In this document: positions 28,270-37,950 of the stretch, in pieces | Numbering within the stretch: position 1 is the stretch's first letter | How the letters are laid out: the number at the start of each line of letters is the position of its first letter | Source: Candidatus Nomurabacteria bacterium | Lineage (GTDB): Bacteria; Patescibacteriota; Minisyncoccia; Phycocordibacterales; UBA918 | Assembly: GCA_023898565.1 (NCBI GenBank) | Contig: CP060228.1 | Location: 304,594 to 368,593, forward strand | Direction: 5' to 3' | DNA: 64,000 nucleotides | Notes under the pieces: generated by a model | The model's database searches: none | Seen by the model: only the letters and a program-made list of their open reading frames with translations | Told to the model about the DNA's origin: nothing | Made by a program: the position numbers and the translations under genes

Positions 28270-29259
28270 TTATTTCAAGTTTCTGTTTAGGAATGATTCT
28301 ACGGATTTTGCCACGTGCCACCCTAAAATAGGGGGTACGGCATTGCCTATTTGTTTATATGCTTGAGAGGTAGATGGTAGAAATTCCATATCATCAGGAA
28401 ATGATTGTATACGAGCAGCTTCACGCGCTGATAATCTACGTTTTCCGTTCCAGTGAAATTCTATGTTTCCATGATGTTCTGTTCTCATTGTTGGCCCCGG
28501 TTTGTCTTTGTGAATAACATTATTTCCTTGCCCCTTATTCTTTTTTGCCTTCGACCAATAATGATTGGAAAAGCCACCTTCCTCGACGCTTTCTAAATCA
28601 GACAGCGCTTCTCCCACAGAAACATGCTTATTGGCATGTGTTGGCTTTGGGTAATCACTATCTTCAAATCTCGGCAAAACACCTTTTTTTGTTCCAACAA
28701 TTATCACTCGTTCTCGTGTTTGAGGCACGCCATAATCAGCCGCAAACAGCAGTTTGTGATTTACATGATAACCAAGCGAAGCAAAGTCTTCCTTGATAAT
28801 ATCGATAGCAGTACCACCATCAATAGTGAGCAGACCTTTAACATTTTCTGCTATAAACACCATCGGTTTTGTTCTCTTTATGACTTCTGCCATACTCCTA
28901 TACAAAACCCCCTTTTCGCTATTGAAGCCACGCCTTTTGCCTGCGTGACTAAATTCTTGGCAGGGGAAGCCACCCAAGACTACATCCGTTGACTTTGGAA
29001 TGGGCATGTCAAAAATAGAGTTATGTGTACCATCTAAAATATGGACTATGCTACCGCATACTATGTCGTGGTTGAAGTAATTTTTGAACGTTAAGCAAGC
29101 TGATGGATCAACGTCATTAGCCCAATCTATATAAAAATTCCTTTTCGAGTACTTTTTTCCAAGAGATTCAAAATCACCCAAAAAGCCCAAATCGAGCCCC
29201 CCACATCCCGCAAAAAGTGACGTGACACTATATTTCTTTTTTTCTCCTCTTTTAGACAT
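28270..29259 (-). CDS. DNA (cytosine-5)-methyltransferase
   Basis: Motif I LFAGCGGLDLGF, motif IV GGFPCQEFS, motif VI ENV, motif X QIGNAV. Confidence 0.9.
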   Translation of the reverse strand: MSKRGEKKKYSVTSLFAGCGGLDLGFLGDFESLGKKYSKRNFYIDWANDVDPSACLTFKNYFNHDIVCGSIVHILDGTHNSIFDMPIPKSTDVVLGGFPCQEFSHAGKRRGFNSEKGVLYRSMAEVIKRTKPMVFIAENVKGLLTIDGGTAIDIIKEDFASLGYHVNHKLLFAADYGVPQTRERVIIVGTKKGVLPRFEDSDYPKPTHANKHVSVGEALSDLESVEEGGFSNHYWSKAKKNKGQGNNVIHKDKPGPTMRTEHHGNIEFHWNGKRRLSAREAARIQSFPDDMEFLPSTSQAYKQIGNAVPPILGWHVAKSVESFLNRNLK

Positions 29260-29263
29260 GCGT

Positions 29264-29470
29264 TTATTTCAAAAGCTCATCACAAGTAACACCGAGAGCG
29301 GCGGCGATACGTTCTATGGTCATAAGCGTTGGGTTTGATTTACCAGCCTCAATGTTACTTATGAAAGAACGGTCACAGCCCAGATCTCTACAGATGTCAC
29401 CTTGTGACATGTTTTTTAATTCCCTAATAATCTTAATATTTTTAGCCAGCTTTTCTATTGCAGTCGTCAT
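29264..29470 (-). CDS. HTH XRE-family controller (C) protein of the R-M system
   Basis: 68 aa helix-turn-helix (QGDICRDLGCDRSFISNIEAGK) at the head of the MTase-REase operon. Confidence 0.8.
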   Translation of the reverse strand: MTTAIEKLAKNIKIIRELKNMSQGDICRDLGCDRSFISNIEAGKSNPTLMTIERIAAALGVTCDELLK

Positions 29471-29568
29471 AACATTTCCACAGTTTTAATTATACTTACT
29501 ATTGTTTTACTATCCAATGTTATATAATACAACACATGTTGATAACTCACCCCCGCACCCACCAACCA

Positions 29569-29797
29569 TTTCCTTTTCAATATTTTGGCCTTCGGCGGAG
29601 GGGTTTGGGGAGGAGCCGCATTAAAAAGGCAAAGGAAATGGTGGTGGGATGCACGCGCGCAGCGATAGCGGAGCGCGTCCCAAGGCGCATGTATTCCCCA
29701 ATGCGTACGCTTCGCTCTCGCATCACCACGCGCTCCGCGCGGCACGATCATTGTCCTTTCTCGAAATGGGTTCGAGCAAAGGTCAGTATTTCCGCAC
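29569..29797. repeat. Inverted repeat A' (right arm)
   Basis: Reverse complement of 25369-25607. Confidence 0.9.
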
Positions 29798-29924
29798 ATA
29801 ACAAGACTTCTGACGAAGTCAATGAGCGCGGCGAAGCCGTGCGAGAAAAAGAAAAAGGAGAAATACGCCGTCGCTCCGCAACGAAATGGCTGGGCGACGG
29901 CACGGAAAAGCGGGCAGTTTTGTC
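29795..29924. repeat. Inverted repeat B (left arm, 130 bp), abutting A'
   Basis: Reverse-complement identical to 31362-31491. Confidence 0.9.
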
Positions 29925-29975
29925 TCTTGTTTTGTTCGCATAATTTTTATCAATCTTTTTTAATAGGAAAAAATT

Positions 29976-31550
29976 ATGATCAAACCAAAATATTTTCTCT
30001 ACGCTCGCAAGAGCACCGAAGATGATGATAAACAAGTCATGTCTATCGAGGCACAGCTTTTTGAGCTTCGTGAATTTGCGAGCAGAGAAAATCTTGAAAT
30101 CCTAGTGGAATTTCAAGAGTCGAAAAGCGCGAAGACACCCGGCCGTCCAGTTTTTAACGAGATGATGACGCGCATTGAAGCTGGTGAAGCAAGCGGGATT
30201 TTAGCGTGGCACCCAGACCGCCTGGCGAGAAATAGTATTGATGGTGGGCGCGTCATCTATGCGGTTGATACCGAGAAAATTGTGTCTTTGCGCTTTCCGA
30301 CATTTTGGTTTGAACCCACTCCGCAAGGGCTCTTTATGTTGCAAGTGGCTTTTGGGCAGTCTAAATATTACTCGGATAATCTGGTGCAAAATGTGAAAAG
30401 AGGCATCCGCCAAAAACTGCGACGAGGTGAGTGGCTCACAAAAGCGCCATTTGGGTATGTGAATAATCCGCGTACGCGGAATATCGAACCTCATCCAACT
30501 AATTCAAAGATTGTTGCTCGCGCTTTTGAGGAATATGCGAAAGGTACACATGGGCTTGTTTCTTTGTCGCAGTTTTTGGCGGATTTAGGCGTTACCAGTT
30601 CTAAAGGAAAGCCACTTGCCAAATGTGCCGTCAAACATATGTTGAGCAATCGAGCATATCTCGGGTTTGTACGCCATAACGGAGAATGGTTTGACGGCAC
30701 ATTTGAGCCAATCATTTCCCCGACATTGTTTGAAGCCGTGCAAAAAGTTCTTGCGAGCAAGGCGCGTGCGCCGAAGCGAAGAAATCGCCATGATTTTCCA
30801 TTTTTGGGATTGTTCCGTTGTGGTGAGTGTGGTGGTATGTTTACGGCACAACACGCAAAAGGCAATGGCGGTATGTATCGCTATTATCGTTGCACCAAAA
30901 AGCACGGCGCTTGCTCGCAAGGGTATGTGCAAGAAAAAGACCTCGTTGCACAAATCAAAAATCGGCTTCAAACAATATCGCTTTGCGATGAGTACGTTGA
31001 TTGGATGTTAGCGAAAATTGACGAATGGGAGCACGAAGAAACTAGCTCATCGCAAAGTGATGTTCAAAATCTTTCCGATAGAATCAAAGCGGACGAGGAG
31101 CGCATGGAAAAACTAGTATCTGCGTATTTAGACGGAGACATACCCAAAGAGATTTATCTAAAAAAGAAGGATGCTACCATGCGCTCTCTCGCCACTTTGA
31201 AGGAGAAATTGAAAGATTGTGAACGTCGGGGAAATACTTGGATCGAACCATTGCGGGAGTGGGTAAAAGATACGAAACAAGCCGCTTTTTTGTCCTCGTC
31301 TGACAATTTCTCCGAAATTGCCGACTTCGTCCAAAAAATCGGAACGAACCATGCGGTTCGTGACAAAACTGCCCGCTTTTCCGTGCCGTCGCCCAGCCAT
31401 TTCGTTGCGGAGCGACGGCGTATTTCTCCTTTTTCTTTTTCTCGCACGGCTTCGCCGCGCTCATTGACTTCGTCAGAAGTCTTGTTATGTGCTCTCGCCA
31501 GGAATCGAACCTGGAGCGCTGGTACCGCAAACCAGCATTTTATCCATTAA
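29976..31550 (+). CDS. Large serine recombinase (resolvase/integrase family)
   Basis: N-terminal catalytic domain (YARKSTEDDD, catalytic Ser), recombinase domain and a zinc ribbon CGECGG...YYRCTKKHGAC. The last ~60 codons lie inside repeat B' and the ORF overlaps the tRNA-Arg on the opposite strand, so the true stop is uncertain. Confidence 0.85.
   Translation: MIKPKYFLYARKSTEDDDKQVMSIEAQLFELREFASRENLEILVEFQESKSAKTPGRPVFNEMMTRIEAGEASGILAWHPDRLARNSIDGGRVIYAVDTEKIVSLRFPTFWFEPTPQGLFMLQVAFGQSKYYSDNLVQNVKRGIRQKLRRGEWLTKAPFGYVNNPRTRNIEPHPTNSKIVARAFEEYAKGTHGLVSLSQFLADLGVTSSKGKPLAKCAVKHMLSNRAYLGFVRHNGEWFDGTFEPIISPTLFEAVQKVLASKARAPKRRNRHDFPFLGLFRCGECGGMFTAQHAKGNGGMYRYYRCTKKHGACSQGYVQEKDLVAQIKNRLQTISLCDEYVDWMLAKIDEWEHEETSSSQSDVQNLSDRIKADEERMEKLVSAYLDGDIPKEIYLKKKDATMRSLATLKEKLKDCERRGNTWIEPLREWVKDTKQAAFLSSSDNFSEIADFVQKIGTNHAVRDKTARFSVPSPSHFVAERRRISPFSFSRTASPRSLTSSEVLLCALARNRTWSAGTANQHFIH
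31362..31491. repeat. Inverted repeat B' (right arm), overlapping tRNA-Arg 3' end by 2 nt
   Basis: Reverse complement of 29795-29924. Confidence 0.9.
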
Positions 31551-31561
31551 ACTACGAGAGC
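31490..31561 (-). tRNA. tRNA-Arg (anticodon read as GCG; isotype assignment moderately uncertain)
   Basis: Acceptor GCTCTCG/CGAGAGC, anticodon stem CTGGT/ACCAG, loop TTGCGGT, T-arm CCAGG-TTCGATT-CCTGG. It shares D- and T-arm sequence with the tRNA-Arg at 15891. Confidence 0.75.
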
Positions 31562-31748
31562 GAGTGAAGGAATGAGTGAAAATTTATTTTCACTCAAGAT
31601 TTGAACGAAGCTCTTGTCCTTCGTAGGCGCTAGCCGAAGAAGACAGTAGAGCAAACGAGTGACCAAAAGAAAGCCAACTTTCTTTTGTGTTGCGAGTGCA
31701 GCTCTCAGCATGCAGACCCGTATCTCTACAGGTGCGCCACATAATACA

Positions 31749-32218
31749 TTAAAATCCAAATAATTCCAGTACCTTGACGAAGAGAGGTTCGTGCAAATCT
31801 TCTTCAATCAGTCGCTCTTTGAGAATGTCGTCGATATTATCAATCTGCTCAACCGGAAGGGGCATAACCATAAGCGGCATGAAACGATGATTGGACTTGA
31901 GAAGAAGCTGCGGACCATGGGGGTCGTCCTCATCAATACGATAACTCTCAAGTGCAGAGTATGGGTAAATGCGATCGCCAATAGTCACTCCACGGACTGT
32001 AACTGCGTACGGGATAATAGATGGACGCTTTGCCGCTGAAACCGCGAGCGCACCACCGGCAAGACCAAGCAGCAACGCAAACAACACATCGTTGAGCATC
32101 ACTGCTACCACCACCAAAGAGACAACGATAATAGCTAGGGCAAAAAACCAATCATTTCCTTTTTCAATATGGTGATGCTCGGGAGCTTCCCAAGTAATAC
32201 TTCGTAATGCAGGTTCCA
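31749..32218 (-). CDS. Hypothetical membrane protein (2 TM)
   Basis: Start chosen at MEPALRS. The longer ORF to 32438 would run over the tRNA-like fragment. Confidence 0.45.
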
Positions 32219-32463
32219 TTGCAAAAATTGTACCACAACACAAAAACCAAAATGGTGTACAATTCACGTATATTCTGATACTATCTTCCCCACCAGGACA
32301 CTTGGAACATACACGTATTTGGAGAGATGGCTGAGTGGAAGAAAAATGAACTGCTTCATTTTTCTTCCGTTCCGCGATCTTTAGAGCGCGGACGTGCCAA
32401 TATTTATGAGGCATGAGGTGGATGAAATATTCAACCACCTACTACAATACAATCAAATATCAC

Positions 32464-32550
32464 GGAGAGATGGCTGAGTGGTTGAAGGCGGCGGTCTTGA
32501 AAACCGTTAAGGGTGAAAGCTCTTCGAGGGTTCGAATCCCTCTCTCTCCG
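32464..32550 (+). tRNA. tRNA-Ser (anticodon TGA), long variable arm
   Basis: Acceptor GGAGAGA/TCTCTCC, anticodon loop CTTGAAA, T-arm GAGGG-TTCGAAT-CCCTC. Confidence 0.85.
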
Positions 32551-32558
32551 CACAATAC

Positions 32559-32587
32559 AAAAACCGCCTTTGGCGGTTTTTTTGTTT
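32559..32587. terminator. Rho-independent terminator
   Basis: aaaaaccgcctttggcggttttttt. Confidence 0.75.
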
Positions 32588-32817
32588 TACTTCATTAACT
32601 TTTGTACAAAGTAGACCATTGGACAAAAGCCAGAGAGGCCAGCCAACATAAGACCAAATGCCGGCAAAAGCGGCAACCAGTGCAGGACTGGGTACTTCCC
32701 TTCAAAGAGATAGCTCACCACAATCAAAAGTGACGCCACCACAAACGCAATGCGAAGTGATGGGAGATTTTTAAGAGTGACTGTTTCAGTTAAACCTTTT
32801 GTTTTCAGTGTGTACAT
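32587..32817 (-). CDS. Small 2-TM membrane protein (DUF2892/YgaP-like)
   Basis: 76 aa, two TM helices with a Cys-Pro (GFCPM) motif. Confidence 0.45.
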   Translation of the reverse strand: MYTLKTKGLTETVTLKNLPSLRIAFVVASLLIVVSYLFEGKYPVLHWLPLLPAFGLMLAGLSGFCPMVYFVQKLMK

Positions 32818-32835
32818 AAAATACCTAATTACATT

Positions 32836-35800
32836 TTAATCTTCATGCCGAGCAAATCGAATAAGGAGCGTTGGATACACTACCAACGTCAGCACTGTCG
32901 AAAATGATAACCCGAACACAATCGACCACGCCAGACCGGACCAGACTGGATCGCTCGCGATTGTGAGCGATCCAAGCACGGTGGTGAGGGAGGTGAGGAA
33001 GATTGGCCGCAGGCGCGCTTCCCCTGCCGCAATGAGCGCCTCCTTGTACATCGCGCCTGCGGCCACTGACTGATCGACGTACTCCAAGAAGATAATTGCG
33101 TTATTAACCACAATGCCGATCAGCGCAATAAAGCCAATCAAGGCAGTAGCGGTAAGATAAATACCAAAGCCTCCGTCGAGTACTAAGAATCCCCAAAGAA
33201 TACCGACCAGCCCAAGCGGCACCGTAACCAAGACGTATCCTGGTGTATCAAAGCGATTGTACTGCGCCACCAAGAGCGCGTACACCATCAAGAGTGCCAC
33301 CCCCATTGCAATCCCTAGGTCACGAAAATTCTCTAGGGTCATTTCCCATTCACCGCCCCACACTAGATCAATAATTTGCCCACCTTCATCCTCTAAGGTC
33401 AGACTCCAGAGATTCCAATCAATCACCTGATAGCCACTCATTGTACCTGCCAGCAACTGCTTCAATACATCAATCGTGACGTACATAATAGATTTACCTT
33501 CTACTTCGGCCGTTACATACGATAGTCGCTTAGCATCCTCAAACTGTACGGACGATGGCCGTAACTCTTCTCCCACTGTTAAAACTGAACGAAGTGACAC
33601 GATATCACCCGCATCACTTACCACGCTGAGCACATCAATAAAGTTAGGTGTTGCAGTAACTTCAGCCAGCAGACGTAGTTCAATTGGCGTGTACTCACGC
33701 TGCGCGCCACCAATCAGTTCTGTCACTCCATATCCACCATTTAGTATACCAAGCGTCCGCATTGCCGCCTCAGGTGATACACCAAGCGAGGCGGCGGCCG
33801 CGTAATCAAACTGATATCGCACCCGTCCAACCGCCGCCTCGTCACTAACATACGTATCCACCACCCCAGAAACACCAGCAATAAATCTCTTGATATCTGC
33901 AGCGGCCTGTACTTGCGTATCATTATCTCCCGCCGACACTTTCGCCACCAAAGTCGCTCGCACCGGTGGCCCTGGCGGTTCTTCAATAAACCGGACAGCC
34001 GAAGAAACATCACCAAGCTGTTCACGCACCTGACGACGCAACCGACTCGTAATATCTGTAGAACTAAGTGAACGTTTCCCTGCCGGAGATACATTCACGC
34101 GCAAGGTCGCTTGCCAAGGCTCGATTCGTCCGTTTGCACCCTTAAACATTCCATTAAAATCAAGCACCGGCGCCGTCCCAACAAACTCCTGCACATGCTG
34201 CACCTCATCATCCCCAAGCAGCACTGTCGCCAGTTCATTGGCCACATGATTTGTTACTTCAATATCCGTACCGACAGGCAAATCGAGGTACACGTAGAAT
34301 TGATCCCTGTCTGCGCGTGGCAACATCTGGAAATGCACCAGTCCAGTGAGCGGTAAAATAAGCGATATCATGAAAACTCCTAGCGCACCAAGCAACAGCT
34401 TGTTTTGCAGCGTTCTACTTTCAAGTACCTGTTTTAAGAATTTTGTGTAGCAATTTGTAATCCGCTGCATCAATACCCCAAACCAAACCGACACTTTGCT
34501 TTGGCGGTCCTCTACATGTAGTACATGACTCGCAATAAACGGCGTCACCACAATTGCCACAAGAAATGAAACTATTAGCGCTGCCGGCACAAAAAAAGCA
34601 ATCGGTCCCATGTATGGCCCCATCATGCCGGTGATGTAATTCATCGGTAGAAACACAATCACTGACGTGAGCGTCGAAAGTAACAACCCTACTCCAATCT
34701 CATCTATCGCCACAGCTACGACACGCTCTTTAGTTGCTACAGACGGATCGTGTCGCCACCGCCGAAGATGCGTGTAGATATTTTCTACTGCCACAATCGC
34801 TGAGTCGACCAACAGACCGAGCGATAAAATTAACGCAAAGAGCGTAATGCGATTGATGGTTTGACCGAATAAGAGTCCCAAGCCAAACACCACAAGAAGT
34901 GTGACAGGAATTGCAATCAAGACCACCAACGCCGCTCTGGTTGAGAGAAATAAAAGCAACACCACCGCTACAATCGCAATTGACGTAACGAGATTTTGCG
35001 TCAGTCCATAAATTTCTGCTTCTGCAGTCTGACCATCATTCCCTACCACTTGATAGCTCAGGTCAGCATATTCACTTTTCGCAAGCGTCGCATCAAGTGT
35101 CGCCAAAAATGCTTTCGTTACCACCGGCGCACTCGCTCCCTCAACTTTCGCCACTGATACCATCACTACCTCCCCGCGACCAGCGCCGGCATCGAAATAT
35201 ACATACGAGCGATCGCTTCCTGCTCCTTCATATACTTTGGCAACATCGCGTAACTTTACGCCATTTCCAATATACACATCACCAAGCTCAGCCGGTGATG
35301 TTGCCAAGCCGTCAAATACCACATCGAGCACATAGCCGCCACTGCGCACTCCTGACAACCGTGAATGAGATTGGCTGCTAGCAAGTACGGCAGAAACAGC
35401 ATCAAGTGTGCTACCAGCTTGCGCAAGCCGAACCGGATCAACCTCCACCACCATCGTTGGAACATAGCCACCATAGACAGAGAGCTCACTTACGTCAGAC
35501 ACAAGCGAGAGTTCGTGCACCAATCCCTGCACCCGCGCTCGCAATTCCGCCACATCGAGAGAGTTGGAACCAAAAACTATCTGCAAAACCGGAATGGTCT
35601 CTGGATTAATCTCCATCACCGACGGAGTCTGAATATTGCCGCGCGCTAGGTAGCTATGTTGGTTGAGCTGGGACAGTAAGTCTACTTTCGCCTTAGTTTT
35701 ATCGTACCCAACTGCAAAGATAACGGTCGTATTAATAACTGAACCGTCATGCACTTCTGTATACACATCCTCCACCCCAGGCACCGTATCGATTTTTTCA

Positions 35801-36024
35801 ACAAGTTCGTACACTACTCGATTAATTGCCGTTTCAGTATCGGAGCCGGGATACGCGATAGTGACAGCAAAGGCTGGGCGGGTAATTTCTGGATTGTATT
35901 GTTTCGGAGTCAGAAAAAATGCTACCAACCCAAATACAAGGGCCGCCAAAAGCAGTAATATTGAAAGTGGTCGATTGACCGCAAAGAAATGACTAATACG
36001 CCCGGCAATATGTACATCTGTCAT
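32836..36024 (-). CDS. RND-family efflux transporter (AcrB/CzcA-like, 12 TM)
   Basis: 1062 aa with the duplicated 6-TM plus large periplasmic loop architecture typical of RND pumps. Confidence 0.85.
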   Translation of the reverse strand: MTDVHIAGRISHFFAVNRPLSILLLLAALVFGLVAFFLTPKQYNPEITRPAFAVTIAYPGSDTETAINRVVYELVEKIDTVPGVEDVYTEVHDGSVINTTVIFAVGYDKTKAKVDLLSQLNQHSYLARGNIQTPSVMEINPETIPVLQIVFGSNSLDVAELRARVQGLVHELSLVSDVSELSVYGGYVPTMVVEVDPVRLAQAGSTLDAVSAVLASSQSHSRLSGVRSGGYVLDVVFDGLATSPAELGDVYIGNGVKLRDVAKVYEGAGSDRSYVYFDAGAGRGEVVMVSVAKVEGASAPVVTKAFLATLDATLAKSEYADLSYQVVGNDGQTAEAEIYGLTQNLVTSIAIVAVVLLLFLSTRAALVVLIAIPVTLLVVFGLGLLFGQTINRITLFALILSLGLLVDSAIVAVENIYTHLRRWRHDPSVATKERVVAVAIDEIGVGLLLSTLTSVIVFLPMNYITGMMGPYMGPIAFFVPAALIVSFLVAIVVTPFIASHVLHVEDRQSKVSVWFGVLMQRITNCYTKFLKQVLESRTLQNKLLLGALGVFMISLILPLTGLVHFQMLPRADRDQFYVYLDLPVGTDIEVTNHVANELATVLLGDDEVQHVQEFVGTAPVLDFNGMFKGANGRIEPWQATLRVNVSPAGKRSLSSTDITSRLRRQVREQLGDVSSAVRFIEEPPGPPVRATLVAKVSAGDNDTQVQAAADIKRFIAGVSGVVDTYVSDEAAVGRVRYQFDYAAAASLGVSPEAAMRTLGILNGGYGVTELIGGAQREYTPIELRLLAEVTATPNFIDVLSVVSDAGDIVSLRSVLTVGEELRPSSVQFEDAKRLSYVTAEVEGKSIMYVTIDVLKQLLAGTMSGYQVIDWNLWSLTLEDEGGQIIDLVWGGEWEMTLENFRDLGIAMGVALLMVYALLVAQYNRFDTPGYVLVTVPLGLVGILWGFLVLDGGFGIYLTATALIGFIALIGIVVNNAIIFLEYVDQSVAAGAMYKEALIAAGEARLRPIFLTSLTTVLGSLTIASDPVWSGLAWSIVFGLSFSTVLTLVVYPTLLIRFARHED

Positions 36025-36027
36025 ACA

Positions 36028-37599
36028 CTAGAGTGAAATACTTATCGCTGGTACCAGCGCCTCGACCTTTACCGCCGAAACAGTCACGTATAGTTTAGCG
36101 CCTGCGTCATAGACAATTTCAATCCGAGACACTTCTCCGTCAGTATAGGTAAGGTACGGCCCATCTACATCAAAAAACACAAACTTTCGTGGCAACACAA
36201 AAACGTCATCAGTACGTACTTGCAATTGACCGGTCACCGTTGCACCAACCAGAACATCTGTCTGCAAAGCAATAACCACCACTCCTCGACCGCCAGTCAC
36301 TACTCCACCAACTCGACTTACCGTTCCAATCGTTTCGCCCTCGTGCACAAAAGATGTGCCTATCTTGATAAAGGGAACGAATGTGGCTGGTACGGTCACC
36401 TCGACTTCTCGCGCGCCATTTCCTGCCAAACTCATCAGTGGCGCACCTGGCGTGACGTATTCACCTACCGAAGCGTATACCTCACCAACTCGACCAGAAA
36501 ATGGCGCTCTTACCACTCCAAGCGAACGAGCTGCTTCAGCCACTCCCACAGCCGCACTGCCTACTACCGCTGTTTGTGATTCAATAAGACTAGTGTACCG
36601 ACTGGTCACACGGGCAACTGACTCATCGAGCGCTGTAATTGCAACCGACTGATCCAGTAAGGCCGCATCTTCAAGCACAGTATCCGCCACCTGTTGGAAT
36701 GCAGCCGTTGACGCAACAACTGACTGCAGCGCCGCGACAACTTCCTGACGCACACCAAGATACTCAGCCACTTCTCCAGCAGACAAATCCTCAAACACGT
36801 CAGACTCTGCCGTTTGCAGCACCTCATGTAGTGACTGAAGTTGCGTTCCTAAAACACTACTAAGCACCAACACGTCAGAGGAAGATAAAGCAGCGTCTGC
36901 TCGCAGTGTTTTAAGAATCGCGGTCGCATCCACTGCCGTACCACTCGTGCGAAGTCCATTATCAAAATAATCAGGCATCTGGCCATACAGCTCTGTCGTC
37001 ACAGACTCATACTCTTCAAGACCTGTACTCGTAAAAAGCGGGCGTTGTGCGTCGACATATGAAATACCTGCCACAGCAGTATTCGCCGCTCCAGTGAGTG
37101 CAACTCGAAGCGCGTCACTCGCTTCCTGTACACGATTATCATTTCCTGAGAACCGAAGTCGCGCGATTTCGTCGGCAGAATATGCAGCGACTGTTGCCTT
37201 CTCTACCCCACCGACGGCAGTCTCAACCGCCAAACCTTGCTGCAAGAGCGATAAGTCTCGTTCTGCAGCCGCCAGTGCCACTTGCGCATTGGCTACCGGT
37301 GTAGATTGTACTGAAAGCAAACCCCCCTGCTCTACCAACGCACCCTCGCGCGCTGTGAGCTCGGTCACCACACCAGCGGCCTGTGCATACACCACCACGC
37401 TATCAGCTGCTTCCACTACACCACTCACGCGAAGTGGCAGCGTTGATGTCGCAAGATACATTGCTTCCGCAACTTTTGGCGACAGCACATTCTCGACTGT
37501 TGCTTCAGAGCGAAACAATATTGCCACAAAGACTACCAAACCAACTCCAGCCAAGGCTGCTACCAATTGCAGCATTGAAATACTTGTCCATTTTTTCAT
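36028..37599 (-). CDS. RND efflux periplasmic adaptor (membrane fusion protein)
   Basis: N-terminal TM, long Ala-rich coiled-coil hairpin and C-terminal beta-barrel region. Translationally adjacent to the RND gene. Confidence 0.6.
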   Translation of the reverse strand: MKKWTSISMLQLVAALAGVGLVVFVAILFRSEATVENVLSPKVAEAMYLATSTLPLRVSGVVEAADSVVVYAQAAGVVTELTAREGALVEQGGLLSVQSTPVANAQVALAAAERDLSLLQQGLAVETAVGGVEKATVAAYSADEIARLRFSGNDNRVQEASDALRVALTGAANTAVAGISYVDAQRPLFTSTGLEEYESVTTELYGQMPDYFDNGLRTSGTAVDATAILKTLRADAALSSSDVLVLSSVLGTQLQSLHEVLQTAESDVFEDLSAGEVAEYLGVRQEVVAALQSVVASTAAFQQVADTVLEDAALLDQSVAITALDESVARVTSRYTSLIESQTAVVGSAAVGVAEAARSLGVVRAPFSGRVGEVYASVGEYVTPGAPLMSLAGNGAREVEVTVPATFVPFIKIGTSFVHEGETIGTVSRVGGVVTGGRGVVVIALQTDVLVGATVTGQLQVRTDDVFVLPRKFVFFDVDGPYLTYTDGEVSRIEIVYDAGAKLYVTVSAVKVEALVPAISISL

Positions 37600-37606
37600 G
37601 TGTGGT

Positions 37607-37628
37607 AATATACCCCAGGGGGTATATT
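37607..37628. promoter_or_regulatory. CsoR-type operator (aatATACCCCagGGGGTATatt) in divergent promoter region
   Basis: GC-rich pseudo-palindrome ATACCCC-N2-GGGGTAT, 8 bp upstream of the adaptor start codon and 55 bp upstream of the CsoR-family gene. Confidence 0.6.
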
Positions 37629-37682
37629 CTGTAAAGTCCCACTCCCCTCCTTATTTAGAAAACATAACTCGCCATCTCACCT

Positions 37683-37940
37683 ATGGATATCGAAACCAAA
37701 TCCCTCATCGACCGCTTAAGTCGTGCTGAGGGACAAGTCCGCGCCCTTAGAAAAGCCCTTGAGGCTGATGAGGTGTGCGATTGCAAAGCCTTTATTTCAC
37801 AAATTAAAGCCGCTCGCACGGCTCTTAAACGCACTAGCGAACAGTTTGTTCTCAAGCATATTCACGCCTGCCAAGCCCTTCCTCAGAAAGAACGAGAGCA
37901 GCAAATCGAAGAAGCCTTAAAGGTACTCGCGAGTGATTAA
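37683..37940 (+). CDS. CsoR/RcnR/FrmR-family metal-sensing transcriptional repressor
   Basis: 85 aa. Pattern RAEGQVRAL...CDC...HIHAC gives the C-H-C ligand set of the DUF156/CsoR family. Confidence 0.8.
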   Translation: MDIETKSLIDRLSRAEGQVRALRKALEADEVCDCKAFISQIKAARTALKRTSEQFVLKHIHACQALPQKEREQQIEEALKVLASD

Positions 37941-37950
37941 AAAATAATAT

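Noticed and set aside
30491-31530. Minus-strand ORFs (97-128 aa) overlapping the serine recombinase gene
   Set aside because: Fully contained within a well-supported 524-aa recombinase CDS. No independent evidence.
33476-36863. Multiple 70-120-aa ORFs on both strands inside the RND pump and adaptor genes
   Set aside because: They are embedded in long, motif-supported CDSs on the opposite strand or in alternate frames. Typical shadow ORFs in GC-richer coding DNA.
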